A program made the translations under genes and the position numbers. Under the pieces are notes generated by a model, which was given only the letters and a program-made list of their open reading frames with translations, was not told the DNA's origin and did no database searches. Positions 52,416 through 62,954 of a stretch of DNA of 64,000 nt are shown here, piece by piece (position 1 is the first letter of the stretch; each line of letters starts with the position of its first letter). Source of the DNA: an uncultured beta proteobacterium (GTDB lineage Bacteria; Pseudomonadota; Gammaproteobacteria; Burkholderiales; Burkholderiaceae_B). The stretch is from positions 123,934 to 187,933 of the forward strand of contig CAVQIT010000002.1 in the NCBI GenBank assembly GCA_963712655.1, given 5' to 3'.

Positions 52416-53183
52416 ATGCACAACAGATTCGATTTGACCGGCAAGGTCGCGTTGATAACGGGCGCTTCGGGCGGCTTGGGTGAACATTTTGCGGAAACCC
52501 TGGGGCTTGCCGGGGCGAAAGTGGTGCTGGCCGGCCGCCGGGCCGAACGCTTGAACCAGTTGGCGGATCGTCTGGCCGGTCTGGGTATTGACGCCTTGGC
52601 GGCGCCGGTCGATGTCACCGACCAGTCGGCCATCAAGGCGTGTTTCGATGCCGCGCAAGCGGCGTGCGGCCTGGTCGATGTGGTCGTGTGCACCGCCGGC
52701 GGCACCGTCGGTAAAAACGCATTGTCGATGTCTGTCCAGGACTGGGACCAGGTGCTCGATGTCAATCTGAAAGGCTGTTGGCTGGTGGCCAATGAAGCGG
52801 CGCGGCGCCTGGTAGAGGCCGGCCGCCCCGGCTCCATTATCAATATTTCTTCCATTCTGGGTTATCGCGTGGCCGGCAATGTGCTGCCCTACACCGTCTC
52901 CAAAGCGGGCCTGGAGCAGATGACGCGCGCATTGGCGCTGGAATGGGCGCGCCACGGAATCCGGGTCAATGCCCTGGCTCCGGGCTATATCGAAACCGAT
53001 CTCAACCGCGATTTCTTTGCGTCCGACGCGGGCAAGGCCATGATCAAGCGCATTCCGCAGCGCCGGCTGGGACAGGTCTCCGACCTGGATGGCGCGCTGC
53101 TGTTGCTGGCTTCCGACGCTTCTTTGTATATGACTGGCAGTTCCATCGTGCTGGATGGCGGTCATTTGCAGTCTACTCTTTGA
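52416..53183 (+). CDS. lvaD: SDR oxidoreductase, LvaD-like
   Basis: TGASGGLG, YTVSKAG, APGYIETDLN; clustered with lvaA/B/C/E-like genes. Confidence 0.75.
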   Translation: MHNRFDLTGKVALITGASGGLGEHFAETLGLAGAKVVLAGRRAERLNQLADRLAGLGIDALAAPVDVTDQSAIKACFDAAQAACGLVDVVVCTAGGTVGKNALSMSVQDWDQVLDVNLKGCWLVANEAARRLVEAGRPGSIINISSILGYRVAGNVLPYTVSKAGLEQMTRALALEWARHGIRVNALAPGYIETDLNRDFFASDAGKAMIKRIPQRRLGQVSDLDGALLLLASDASLYMTGSSIVLDGGHLQSTL

Positions 53184-53197
53184 ACAAGGTTTTATTC

Positions 53198-54394
53198 ATG
53201 GACTACATCTTATCGCCGCTGGCGGAAAAGTATCGCGGACAGATCAAGGCATTTGTCGATGAGGAATTGATTCCCCTGGAAAGCGATCGGGCTTCGTTCG
53301 ACGATCACGAAAATATCGCCGAGCCCTTGCTGCAGCGCATGCGCGCCAAGGCGAAGGCGCAGAACCTATGGAGCCTGCAAATGCCGCGTGAGCGCGGCGG
53401 CCAAGGCCTGTCCATCGCCGAAATGGCGGCGTGCTACGAAGAAATGAACCGATCCATTTTCGGTCCGGTGGTATTCAATTCGGCGGCGCCCGATGACGGC
53501 AACATGATGGTGCTGGAGAAAGTGGCGACTGCGGCCCAGAAAGAGCGCTGGCTGCAGCCTATTATCAATGGCGATGTGCGCTCATCGTTCGCCATGACCG
53601 AACCGGCGCCAGGGTCGGGGTCGGATCCGGGCATGATGCAGACTACCGCCGTGCGCAAGGGCGACCATTGGGTGGTCAATGGCACCAAGCATTTCATAAC
53701 CGGCGCAGGCGTGGCCTCGCACTTCATTCTTATTGCGCGCACTTCTGGCGATGCGCGCAAAGGCTTGTCGGCGTTTTTGTTTCATAAAGACGATCCCGGC
53801 TGGGAAATCGTGCGGCGCATTCCCATCATGGGTCCCGAGGAACATGGCGGCCATTGCGAGATTCGCTTCACCGACATGGCCATTCCCGACGAAAACCGTT
53901 TGATGGAAGTGGGCGACGGCTTGAAGCTGACCCAAATCCGCCTCGGCCCGGCTCGGCTGACGCATTGCATGCGCTGGCTGGGCCTGTCGAAACGATCCAT
54001 GGAAATTGCCGCCGATTATGTGGGCCGGCGCGAATCTTTCGGGGTAAGGCTGGCCGACAGGGAAGGCGTGCAATGGCTGCTGGGTGAAGCCGCCATGGGT
54101 ATTCAGATTGGCCGCTTGCTTACCATGCATGCCGCATGGAAGCTGGATCAAGGCGATTTCGCCCGCAAGGAAGTGTCCATGGCGAAAGTCGCCGTTTCCA
54201 ATACCTTGCATCAATCGGTCGATACGGCGATCCAGCTATGCGGCGCCCTGGGCTATTCGAAAGACACGCCGCTGGAATGGATATACCGCTACGCCCGCCA
54301 GGCGCGCCTGGTCGACGGCGCGTCCGAAGTGCATAAAATGGTTCTATCGAAAAGCCTGCTTAAAGAAGGCAACGGCTTTTGGGCATGGGGCTGA
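53198..54394 (+). CDS. lvaC: Acyl-CoA dehydrogenase family, LvaC/ACAD10-11-like
   Basis: NSAAPDDGNM, FAMTEP, HCE, RLGPARLTHCMRWLG, RLVDGASEVH. Confidence 0.8.
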   Translation: MDYILSPLAEKYRGQIKAFVDEELIPLESDRASFDDHENIAEPLLQRMRAKAKAQNLWSLQMPRERGGQGLSIAEMAACYEEMNRSIFGPVVFNSAAPDDGNMMVLEKVATAAQKERWLQPIINGDVRSSFAMTEPAPGSGSDPGMMQTTAVRKGDHWVVNGTKHFITGAGVASHFILIARTSGDARKGLSAFLFHKDDPGWEIVRRIPIMGPEEHGGHCEIRFTDMAIPDENRLMEVGDGLKLTQIRLGPARLTHCMRWLGLSKRSMEIAADYVGRRESFGVRLADREGVQWLLGEAAMGIQIGRLLTMHAAWKLDQGDFARKEVSMAKVAVSNTLHQSVDTAIQLCGALGYSKDTPLEWIYRYARQARLVDGASEVHKMVLSKSLLKEGNGFWAWG

Positions 54395-54397
54395 TCC

Positions 54398-55430
54398 ATG
54401 GACCAGGACGACATAAGCCGGGCATTGGCGCTGTATGTCAAGCGCCAGACCGGCGCCGACGACGTCCAGGTGCTGGAGTTCGTCCGCCTGTCCGGCGGCG
54501 CAATACAAAACAATTATGCATTGACGGTGCATTGCGCCGGAGGGCGTAAGCCGGGCCGTCTTGAACTGGTGGTGCGTAGCGACGCGCCGTCGAAAATCGA
54601 TGTCAGCCTGAGCCGCCAGCAAGAGTTCCAAGTGTTGAGCGTAGCGTATGAGGCGGGTGTGACAGTGCCGCAACCCCTGTGGCTGTGCACCGATTTGTCC
54701 GTGATCGGCAGTGTGTTTTGCGTCATGGCGCGGGTTCCTGGCATGGCGGCCGGGCATAAGCTGGTCAAGGGCGCCCTGACGCCTGCGCAGGCTAAAGGGC
54801 TGACTCATCAATTGGGCCAGGAACTTGCACGATTGCACAACGTTCGTGCGCCCGATGCGCGTCTTGACACCTTGCCGCTGCCGCGGCCATCGCCGGCGCT
54901 GGCGCGCATACGCGAGTACCGCCAGGCGCTGGATGCGATACCGGAACCGCATCCGGTGCTTGAATGGTCATTGAACTGGCTGGAAGCCAACGCCGCCGGC
55001 AAGCGACGGCATCGTGCTTTGCCATTGCGATTTTCGTACGGGCAACTACATGGTCGACCAAGGGCGGTTGACCGGCGTGCTGGACTGGGAATTCGCCGCA
55101 TGGAGCGATCCCTATGAAGACCTGGGTTGGCTTTGTTCAAAAAGCTGGCGCTTCGGTGTCCGCCAGAAAGAAGTGGGCGGGGTGGGCGACAAGGCCGATT
55201 TGTTCGACGCTTATGCCAGCGTATCGGGGCGGCCCGTCGATCCCGGCAAAGTGCTTTACTGGGAAGTCATGGGCATGACCCGCTGGGCCGTTATTTCGCT
55301 GCAACAGGCGCAGCGTCACTTGTCGGGCGAGCAGTCGTCGCTCGAACTTGCCCTGACCGGGCGTTTGTTGCCGGAAATCGAATTCGATTTGCTGACGCAA
55401 ATCGGCGAACTGGGGATAGGCCATGAATAA
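54398..55430 (+). CDS. lvaA: APH-family phosphotransferase, LvaA-like (frameshift near 54993)
   Basis: LSGGAIQ.N, SRQQEF; second frame HCDFRTGNY, LDWEFA.W.DP.EDLGW, SWRFG. Confidence 0.8.
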
Positions 55431-55788
55431 CCGTCCGGATGGAAGCGAATTGCTGGCCGTGGCGCGGCGCGTCTTGCTTGACGATCTGTTGCCTTTGCTT
55501 CCGGCGGAAAAGACTTATGATGCGCTGATGGTCGCCAATGCCATGGCGATCGCGGCACGCGAATTCGGCCGGCCAGATCAGGATCGGTGTCCGCCGGATG
55601 ACCGGATATCGCAGTTTTACCGGCAGGCGGGACTGGACGATGCCTTGGACCCGACAGAAACATGCCTGGCTGCGCAAATCCGCAAGAAGGCCATTCCCCC
55701 GTCGCACGGCGGGCTGTTGTATCAATTGCTTGTTTCCCTGACGCGCGCCAAACTGGCGATTTCCAATCCCAAGCACTTGGGTAAATGA
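55423..55788 (+). CDS. lvaB: LvaB-like kinase partner protein
   Basis: ELL.VAR..LL..LLP.LP....Y.ALMVANAMAIAARE...KL.ISNP; overlaps lvaA end. Confidence 0.78.
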   Translation: MNNRPDGSELLAVARRVLLDDLLPLLPAEKTYDALMVANAMAIAAREFGRPDQDRCPPDDRISQFYRQAGLDDALDPTETCLAAQIRKKAIPPSHGGLLYQLLVSLTRAKLAISNPKHLGK

Positions 55789-55798
55789 AGGGAAAAGC

Positions 55799-57430
55799 AT
55801 GAACGGTAAATATCAGCTTGGCCTGGAAAAACAATCGGCAAATTACTCCAGCCTGACGCCGGTCAGTTTTTTGCAGCGGTCCGCTTATATATTTCCTGAC
55901 AAGACAGCGGTGATCGACGACGGCCTGGTCCTGACTTACAAAGAGTTTTATCGCCGCTGTTGCCGCATGGCGTCGGCGCTTGCCAATATAGGCATCAAGG
56001 CGGGCGATACGGTATCGGTGTTATGCCTGAATACGCATGAGCTATTGGAAAGCCACTATTCCGTTCCCATGCTGGGCGCTGTGCTCAATGCCCTGAATAC
56101 GCGCCTGGATGCCGCAACCCTGGCTTTCATCCTGGAGCATGGTGAATCGCGCGTCTTGCTGTACGACACCGAATTCGAAGAGCTAGTCCGGCAAGCCACG
56201 GCCGGTATGGCTTCTCCGCCTTTGCTGGTGGCCATCGGCCGGACGGACGGCGCGCCGTCCGTCGCCACTTACGAAAGCCTGATCGCGGCGGGCGACCCGG
56301 ATTTTCGCTGGACCAAGGTCGACGACGAATGGGACGCCATCGCGCTTAATTACACATCGGGGACTACCGGCAATCCCAAGGGAGTCGTCTACCATCACCG
56401 CGGCGCGTATCTGGCGGCAATGAGCAACGCCATGGCTTTCAACATGACGGCCGACACGGTTTACTTATGGACCTTGCCCATGTTCCATTGCAGCGGCTGG
56501 TGCTATACCTGGGCCATAACGGCCGTGGGCGGCACGCATGTCTGCCTGCGCAAGGTACAGGCGGCCCAGGTGGCCGAGCGCATTACACAGCATAAAGTCA
56601 GCCATATGTGCGGCGCGCCCGTCGTGTTGAACATGCTATTGAACGATTTCCACAATAGCGGGCTGACCCTGGCGCAGCCGGTGCAATTCGCCTTGGGCGG
56701 CGCGGCGCCTCCCAGCCCGGTCATACGCCGTGCGCAGGACATCGGTTTTCATATAACGCATTTGTATGGCCTGACCGAGTCGTATGGCCCGTCCGCCTTG
56801 TGCGTATGGCAAAACGACTGGCAATATTTGCCGGCCGAGGAGCTGGCCCGGAAAATGGCCAGGCAGGGCGTGGGCACCATCGCTATCGATGACTTGAGCG
56901 TGGTCAGTTCCGGCGCCGGCGGCGCGGTGCCTTCCGATGGGCAAACACTAGGCGAATTGCTTATCCGGGGCAATACGCTTATGAAAGGCTACCTGAAAAA
57001 CCAAGCGGGCACTCAGGAAGCGTTCAAGGACGGCTGGTTTCATACCGGCGACCTGGCGGTGGTGCACCCGGACGGTTATGTCGAAATCAAGGATCGCATT
57101 AAAGACATCATCATTTCGGGGGGAGAAAACATTTCCAGCCAGGAAATCGAAGAGGTGCTGTATCGCCACCCCGCGGTGCTTGAAGCCGCCGTGGTGGCGA
57201 TGCCGGACGAGAAATGGGGCGAAGTGCCTTGCGCCTTTATTGCCCTGAAAGAAGGCATGGAACCGGTGGACGGGCAGGAAATCATTGCGTTTTGCAAAGC
57301 GCGCATGGCATCGTTCAAGGCTCCGAAACGAATTGTTTTCGGTGAATTGCCAAAGACATCGACCGGCAAGATCCGCAAGAATTTTCTCAGGGATGCGTTA
57401 TCGGAAAAAGGAGGTGACTACCAACCATAG
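55799..57430 (+). CDS. lvaE: Acyl-CoA synthetase, LvaE-like
   Basis: LTP.SFL.R, YTSGTTGNPKGVVYHHRGAYL, TLPMFHC.GW, YGLTE, FHTGDL. Confidence 0.82.
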   Translation: MNGKYQLGLEKQSANYSSLTPVSFLQRSAYIFPDKTAVIDDGLVLTYKEFYRRCCRMASALANIGIKAGDTVSVLCLNTHELLESHYSVPMLGAVLNALNTRLDAATLAFILEHGESRVLLYDTEFEELVRQATAGMASPPLLVAIGRTDGAPSVATYESLIAAGDPDFRWTKVDDEWDAIALNYTSGTTGNPKGVVYHHRGAYLAAMSNAMAFNMTADTVYLWTLPMFHCSGWCYTWAITAVGGTHVCLRKVQAAQVAERITQHKVSHMCGAPVVLNMLLNDFHNSGLTLAQPVQFALGGAAPPSPVIRRAQDIGFHITHLYGLTESYGPSALCVWQNDWQYLPAEELARKMARQGVGTIAIDDLSVVSSGAGGAVPSDGQTLGELLIRGNTLMKGYLKNQAGTQEAFKDGWFHTGDLAVVHPDGYVEIKDRIKDIIISGGENISSQEIEEVLYRHPAVLEAAVVAMPDEKWGEVPCAFIALKEGMEPVDGQEIIAFCKARMASFKAPKRIVFGELPKTSTGKIRKNFLRDALSEKGGDYQP

Positions 57431-57522
57431 CCTGATTGTCAGCAGCACAGTGTTTGCAGTAGATGTAGAAGCAAAGGACTCACGCAGATAACAAAATAAT
57501 TATTATTCAAGGAGACGTCTAC

Positions 57523-58743
57523 ATGTTCAAGATTCTTACGAAACGGCCACTGTTGTCATTAGCGCTTGCCGGCGCATTCGCCTTCGGTCCGGCGCATGCC
57601 GCCGACGAGCCCATCAAAATCGGCGCCATCTATATCATGTCGGGCAGCGCGGCAACCTACGGAAAGTTTGCCGGGCAGGGGATCCAACTGGCGATGGACG
57701 AAATCAATGCGTCCGGCGGCATCCTGGGGCGCAAATTGGCGCTGCAGCTTGAAGACGGGCAGGGCAAGGCCGCCGTGGCGATTCAAGCCGCCCGCAAACT
57801 CGTTTACCAGGACAAGGCCGATCTGCTCATGGGGCTGGATAGCTCGGGTGTTGCGCAAGGCCTGGCGCCGGTGTTGCCCGAACTGGGCAAGCCTTTCATC
57901 ATTACTCATGCCGCCACGCCCGACGTAACCGGCAAGCTGTGCAATGCGTATACCTACCGCGTCAGCGTCAATGTCCACCAGAACATGCAGGGAGCGGCGA
58001 CGATTGCGGCCAAGACCGGGGCCAAGAAGTGGACCACCATAGGCCCCGATTACGCGTTCGGTCATCAGTCATGGGAATTTTTCAGCAAGTACATGAAAGA
58101 GAAAATGCCCGATGTCGAACTGATGGACAAGACGGCGTTTCCACGCTTCGGCGCCGAAGATTTCACGCCCTTCATCAACAGCGTGATGGAGTCCAAGCCC
58201 GATGGGGTGCTGATTTCCTTATGGGGCGGCGATCTGGTGAACTTCGTACGCCAGGCCAATAACCGCGGCTTCTTCAAGCAGGGGTTCCAGGTATTGCTGA
58301 CCGTCGGCGCGGCAACAGAGGTGCTGACCGCGCTGGGCGATCAAATGCCCGAAGGGGTATGGCTGGGCACGCGCTACTGGTATGGCGCCCATGATAACGA
58401 TCTGAACAAGAAATTCGTGGCGTCCTACAAGAAGAACTATGGCGTGCCGCCCAGTTACAACGCCGAAGGCGCTTATGTTGCCGTGTATGCATTCAAGGCG
58501 GCCATCGAGAAAGCCGGCAGCGTGGACGGCAAGGCGGTGTCCAAGGCGCTTTCCGGCCTGAGCATTCCCGCTCCGACCGGCACCCTGACCTTGCGCAAGG
58601 GCGACAATCAGGCGCTGATCGGCCCTACCTGGGGGCGCACAGGCCCAATGAACACGCAAGACAAAATACGTTCATTGACCGAAATGCAATTCTTCGATGG
58701 CGAGAAAATAACCCCGCCCGTGGACCCTGCCTGCAAATTGTGA
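57523..58743 (+). CDS. LIV-type ABC transporter substrate-binding protein
   Basis: Signal peptide, IKIG..SG, EINASGGILGR, PDYAFG. Confidence 0.9.
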   Translation: MFKILTKRPLLSLALAGAFAFGPAHAADEPIKIGAIYIMSGSAATYGKFAGQGIQLAMDEINASGGILGRKLALQLEDGQGKAAVAIQAARKLVYQDKADLLMGLDSSGVAQGLAPVLPELGKPFIITHAATPDVTGKLCNAYTYRVSVNVHQNMQGAATIAAKTGAKKWTTIGPDYAFGHQSWEFFSKYMKEKMPDVELMDKTAFPRFGAEDFTPFINSVMESKPDGVLISLWGGDLVNFVRQANNRGFFKQGFQVLLTVGAATEVLTALGDQMPEGVWLGTRYWYGAHDNDLNKKFVASYKKNYGVPPSYNAEGAYVAVYAFKAAIEKAGSVDGKAVSKALSGLSIPAPTGTLTLRKGDNQALIGPTWGRTGPMNTQDKIRSLTEMQFFDGEKITPPVDPACKL

Positions 58744-58773
58744 TGACTATAAAAACAGTTTGAATCGTTGTTG

Positions 58774-58819
58774 CCGCGGGCCGGATGACGCGGGCATTGC
58801 CCGCCAAGCCGGCCCGCGG
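58774..58819. other. Intergenic GC hairpin after the binding-protein gene (mRNA stabiliser-like)
   Basis: ccgcgggccgg...ccggcccgcgg 11-bp stem with an inner hairpin. Confidence 0.45.
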
Positions 58820-58870
58820 GCACGCGGTTGCGGCGGAATCGGCTCCAAGCATCCTTGACGGAGGGACACC

Positions 58871-59743
58871 ATGGGTAGTTTAGGAATGGCTTTGCTCAAT
58901 AGCCTTGACATCGGCCTGTTGCTGTTTGTCATCGCGGTTGGCTTGAATATTGTGTTTGGCGTGTTGAGCGTCATTAATTTTGCCCACGGCGCGCTATACA
59001 TGCTGGGCGCGTATCTGGCATATACCTGCATGACGCTTTTGGGCATGTCATTCTGGATGACATTGTTGCTGGCGCCTTTGGGCGTGGCGGCGTTGGCGGT
59101 GCTGATCGACCGGCTGATGCTGCGCTTTATTTACCAGCGCGAAATTTCCGACAGTTTGCTGCTTACGTTTGCCTTGCTGCTGATCCTGAATGAATCGGTG
59201 CGCATGGTATGGGGCACAGGCATACATGTGATCGATCCTCCCGCCTTCCTGCAAGGGACGGCGGTGCTGCCTGGCGGCGCCACCTATCCCATCTACAGCC
59301 TTTTTGTCGTGGCGGTGGGTTTGATCGTCGTTTGCGCATTATGGCTGTTGTTCAACCGCACGCGGGTCGGCAAGATCATGCGCGCGGCGGCGCTCGACCG
59401 CGACATGGCGCAGGTGCTTTGCATCAACACCAAGCTGGTGATTACGGGTGTGTTTGCCTTTGGCGCCTGGCTTGCCGCCGTGGGAGGCGTGGTTGCCGCG
59501 CCCATGCGCGCCATCGATCCGGGCATGGGCGACAAAATCATTATCGAAAGCTTCATTGTCGTGGTGATCGGCGGCCTGGGCAGTTTTCCGGGCACATTGC
59601 TGGGCGCGATCATCCTGGGACTGATTTATGGGTTCGGCGGGCGGTTTCTACCCGAAGTGAACCTGATTCTGCCCTTTGTGGGCATGGCCATCGTCCTGTT
59701 GCTCAAGCCTCATGGCTTGATGGGCAAGGGAGCATCGCTATGA
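58871..59743 (+). CDS. LIV-type ABC permease (LivH-like)
   Basis: GLNIVFG...INFAHG, GK.MRA, VVIGGLGS. Confidence 0.9.
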   Translation: MGSLGMALLNSLDIGLLLFVIAVGLNIVFGVLSVINFAHGALYMLGAYLAYTCMTLLGMSFWMTLLLAPLGVAALAVLIDRLMLRFIYQREISDSLLLTFALLLILNESVRMVWGTGIHVIDPPAFLQGTAVLPGGATYPIYSLFVVAVGLIVVCALWLLFNRTRVGKIMRAAALDRDMAQVLCINTKLVITGVFAFGAWLAAVGGVVAAPMRAIDPGMGDKIIIESFIVVVIGGLGSFPGTLLGAIILGLIYGFGGRFLPEVNLILPFVGMAIVLLLKPHGLMGKGASL

Positions 59744-60684
59744 GAAGCCGCCTGACGCCCATTGTGTTGATACTGGTGCTTGCCGCGCTGGCCGCCTTGC
59801 CCTGGATAACGCCGTATTTCTATATTTTCATCGTCACCGAAATCCTGATCCTGGGCTTGTTCGCCGCCAGTTTCAATCTGATTTTCGGCTATACCGGCAT
59901 GCTCAGTTTCGGACACGCGGCATTCTTCGGCGTGGGGGCCTACGCCACGGCCTTGCTGTTGCAAGGGGTTCAATGGCCGCTGCTGGCCTGCCTGCTGGTG
60001 GCCGTGGTCGCGGGCGCCGTCCTGGCCTTGATTATCGGATTTTTCAGCGTCCGGCTCAATGAAGTGTATTTTTCGATGCTGACCCTGGCGTTCGGCATGA
60101 TGGTTTTCGCCGTGGTGCATCAGTGGCGTTCGGTGACCAATGGCAGCGATGGCATCGCGGGCTTTCGTGTCGGGTCGCTGGGCCTGGGGCTTGATCTTGC
60201 GCTGGCCAACCCCAGCGTTTATTACCATGTGGTGCTGGTCATTGTCGTGATTGCCACGGCCATCCTGTACTTGATCTGCCGCTCGTCTTTCGGGCTGATC
60301 TTGCGCGCCATTCGCCAGAACCCGGAGCGGGTCGCATTTTGCGGCCTCAACGTCAAAAGCTACAGGCTGGCGGCGTTCACCATTGCCGGCGCATTCGCCG
60401 GCCTGGCCGGCGGACTGATGGCGCCGTTCCTGCGCATTGCCAGTCCCGAACTGGTGCACTGGTCCATGTCGGCCGAACCGGTACTGATGTCCATCCTGGG
60501 CGGCACCGGCTATTTTCTGGGGCCGTTTTTCGGCGCCGCCATGTTCGTATTGCTGGAAACCTGGATCACTAGCATGACGCATGCCTGGATGCTGGTGCTG
60601 GGAATTATCCTGGCGCTGATGGTGATGTTTTTCCGGCGGGGTGTGCTGGGAACCTTTCTCGACTGGTGGCAGGAGCGCAAATGA
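59740..60684 (+). CDS. LIV-type ABC permease (LivM-like)
   Basis: GYTGMLSFGHAAFFG.GAY, YFSMLTLAF, LRAIRQN, ILGG.G. Confidence 0.9.
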   Translation: MRSRLTPIVLILVLAALAALPWITPYFYIFIVTEILILGLFAASFNLIFGYTGMLSFGHAAFFGVGAYATALLLQGVQWPLLACLLVAVVAGAVLALIIGFFSVRLNEVYFSMLTLAFGMMVFAVVHQWRSVTNGSDGIAGFRVGSLGLGLDLALANPSVYYHVVLVIVVIATAILYLICRSSFGLILRAIRQNPERVAFCGLNVKSYRLAAFTIAGAFAGLAGGLMAPFLRIASPELVHWSMSAEPVLMSILGGTGYFLGPFFGAAMFVLLETWITSMTHAWMLVLGIILALMVMFFRRGVLGTFLDWWQERK

Positions 60685-61451
60685 CACAACCGACCTTGCA
60701 AATTACCCATCTGAGCAAACGTTTCGGCGGCGTGACCGCCGTATCGGATGTGTCGCTCGATGTGAGTCCCCGAGAGACGCTGGCCATCATCGGCCCGAAC
60801 GGCGCCGGGAAAACGACCTTCTACAACATGCTGTCGGGGCGCATGGTGCCCACGGAAGGAAAAATTGTCTTCGAGGGACAGGATATTACCGGCCTGCCGC
60901 CGCATCGCATCAGCCGCATGGGCGTGTCGCGCTCGTTCCAGATCAATAATATCTTCAACGAGATGACGGTGCGCGAAAACATCGAGGTTGCCTTGACGGC
61001 CTACCATGGCGATAGCCGGCGCTGGTCGAATATCGCTTCGCGCAACCGCCCCATCCAGGCGGAGGCCGACAGCTTGCTTGAACGCCTGTCCTTGACCGAT
61101 CTGGCCACGCGGCGGGCGGGGGTCATCAGCTACGGGGATAAACGCCTGGTGGAGATTGCGGTGGTGCTGGCCACCCGGCCGCGCCTGGTTTTGCTGGACG
61201 AACCCACGGCGGGCATGACGCCGGATGAAACCCACAGGGTCACCGCTTTGGTCAAATCGCTGGCGGCAACCGGCGACTATACCTTCTTGATCACCGAGCA
61301 CGATATGGGGGTGGTGTTCGATGTGGCTGACCGGATCCTGGTCATGCACCGCGGCCAGACATTGGTGCTGGGATCCCCGCAAGAGGTCAAGGAGCATCCC
61401 GAAGTCAGACGAGCCTATTTAGGCGATGCGGAAGAGGAAATCGCGCCATGA
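60681..61451 (+). CDS. LIV-type ABC ATPase (LivG-like)
   Basis: GPNGAGKT, SYGDKR, LLDEPTAG, TEHDM. Confidence 0.92.
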   Translation: MTQPTLQITHLSKRFGGVTAVSDVSLDVSPRETLAIIGPNGAGKTTFYNMLSGRMVPTEGKIVFEGQDITGLPPHRISRMGVSRSFQINNIFNEMTVRENIEVALTAYHGDSRRWSNIASRNRPIQAEADSLLERLSLTDLATRRAGVISYGDKRLVEIAVVLATRPRLVLLDEPTAGMTPDETHRVTALVKSLAATGDYTFLITEHDMGVVFDVADRILVMHRGQTLVLGSPQEVKEHPEVRRAYLGDAEEEIAP

Positions 61452-62152
61452 TTCTGGAAGTCGACAATATTCATACCTACTATGGCGAAAGCCATGCCTT
61501 GCAAGGCATTTCGCTGAATCTGGAACAGGGCGAGACCGTGTGTTTGCTGGGCCGCAATGGCGCCGGCAAAAGCACCACACTGCGCAGCATCATCGGCTTG
61601 TCGGCTCCGCGCCGGGGCCGGGTAAAATTCCAGGGCCGCGATATTACCGGGCAGCCGGCGTATCGCATTGCGCGCCAGGGCATAGGGCTGGTGCCCGAGG
61701 ATAGACGGATCTTTCCCGGGCTCAGCGTCCGGGAAAACCTGGAAATAGCCGAATACCGCAGGCCGGGGGCCAGCCGCCTATGGACCATCGAGCGCATTTT
61801 CGATCAATACCCGATGCTGGGCGAATTGGCCAATCAGGACGGCAGCACATTGTCGGGCGGGCAGCAGCAAATGCTGGCCGTCGCCCGGTCCTTGATGAGC
61901 GAGCCCTTGCTGCTGTTGCTGGACGAGCCGAATGAAGGTCTGGCGCCGGTCATCGTCAAGCAAATCGGCGCGCTGATCGATGAGCTTTCCAAAACCACGA
62001 CCATTCTGTTTACCGACCAAAGCGTGCACTTTGCCCTGAAACATGCAAAGCGCGCCTATATACTGGAGAAGGGCATGATCGTTCATGAGGCCAGCAGCCA
62101 GGCCTTGATCAACGATACCGCGACGCAGCACCGGTATTTGTCGGTGGCGTGA
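61448..62152 (+). CDS. LIV-type ABC ATPase (LivF-like)
   Basis: GRNGAGKS, VPEDRRIF, LSGGQQQML, LLDEP. Confidence 0.92.
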   Translation: MILEVDNIHTYYGESHALQGISLNLEQGETVCLLGRNGAGKSTTLRSIIGLSAPRRGRVKFQGRDITGQPAYRIARQGIGLVPEDRRIFPGLSVRENLEIAEYRRPGASRLWTIERIFDQYPMLGELANQDGSTLSGGQQQMLAVARSLMSEPLLLLLDEPNEGLAPVIVKQIGALIDELSKTTTILFTDQSVHFALKHAKRAYILEKGMIVHEASSQALINDTATQHRYLSVA

Positions 62153-62264
62153 TCAAGCTATGATTGCGGCTGGCGGGCAGGATTGCTTGCCGGCCGGATT
62201 GCGCCGCCATGACCCGGCCTGGGTTATGGCCTGGCGGATGCTTCATAGAAGGATGGAGTGGTAG

Positions 62265-62954
62265 ATGATTGCTGATTTTGAATCATTCAAGATCGAGCTT
62301 AGCTTGTCGAAGGTCGAGATTTGCCGCGAGCTGTATCGCCAGAACAGGGACTTGATCCGCATCAAGAAAGAGCACGTGGCGGTGAAGAATCTGGTGCGCA
62401 TCATTGATTCGACCTTGCGCCTGACACGCGCAAAAGGTTTTCATGCAATGTCCCTGCGCGACCTGTGCGCCGATTCGGGATTCAGCATTGGCGGCCTGTA
62501 TGCCTATATCAAGAGTAAAGAAGACCTGATCTACCTGATTCAAGGTCATGGCTTTCTGTTGACCCGGCGCACCATGCTGGCCTATACGCAAGATATTGTC
62601 CTGCCTCGCGATCAATTGCTGGCCGCCGTCAAGGCGCATGTATACCTTAGCGAACTGATGCAGCCCTGGTTTTACTTCTCGTTCATGGAAACCAAAAGCC
62701 TGCCCGAGCGGCATAAAAAGGAGGCCATAGCCGTAGAGCTGGAAGTCGAAGGCATTATTTACCGCATCATCGACAATGGCATCAAGGCTGGAGCTTTCAG
62801 GGCTGTCAATGCCCACTTGCTGGCATCCCTGTGCAAAGCCATGATGCAGGATTGGTATTTGAAGCGGCGCAAATACGACAATCAAGGCATTACTGTCACG
62901 CAATACGCCGAGTTCGTCGGCGATATCCTGGAAAACTACCTGGAGCCGAGTTGA
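62265..62954 (+). CDS. TetR/AcrR-family regulator
   Basis: KGFHAMSLRDL...SG.SIGGLYAY.KSKEDL HTH. Confidence 0.9.
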   Translation: MIADFESFKIELSLSKVEICRELYRQNRDLIRIKKEHVAVKNLVRIIDSTLRLTRAKGFHAMSLRDLCADSGFSIGGLYAYIKSKEDLIYLIQGHGFLLTRRTMLAYTQDIVLPRDQLLAAVKAHVYLSELMQPWFYFSFMETKSLPERHKKEAIAVELEVEGIIYRIIDNGIKAGAFRAVNAHLLASLCKAMMQDWYLKRRKYDNQGITVTQYAEFVGDILENYLEPS

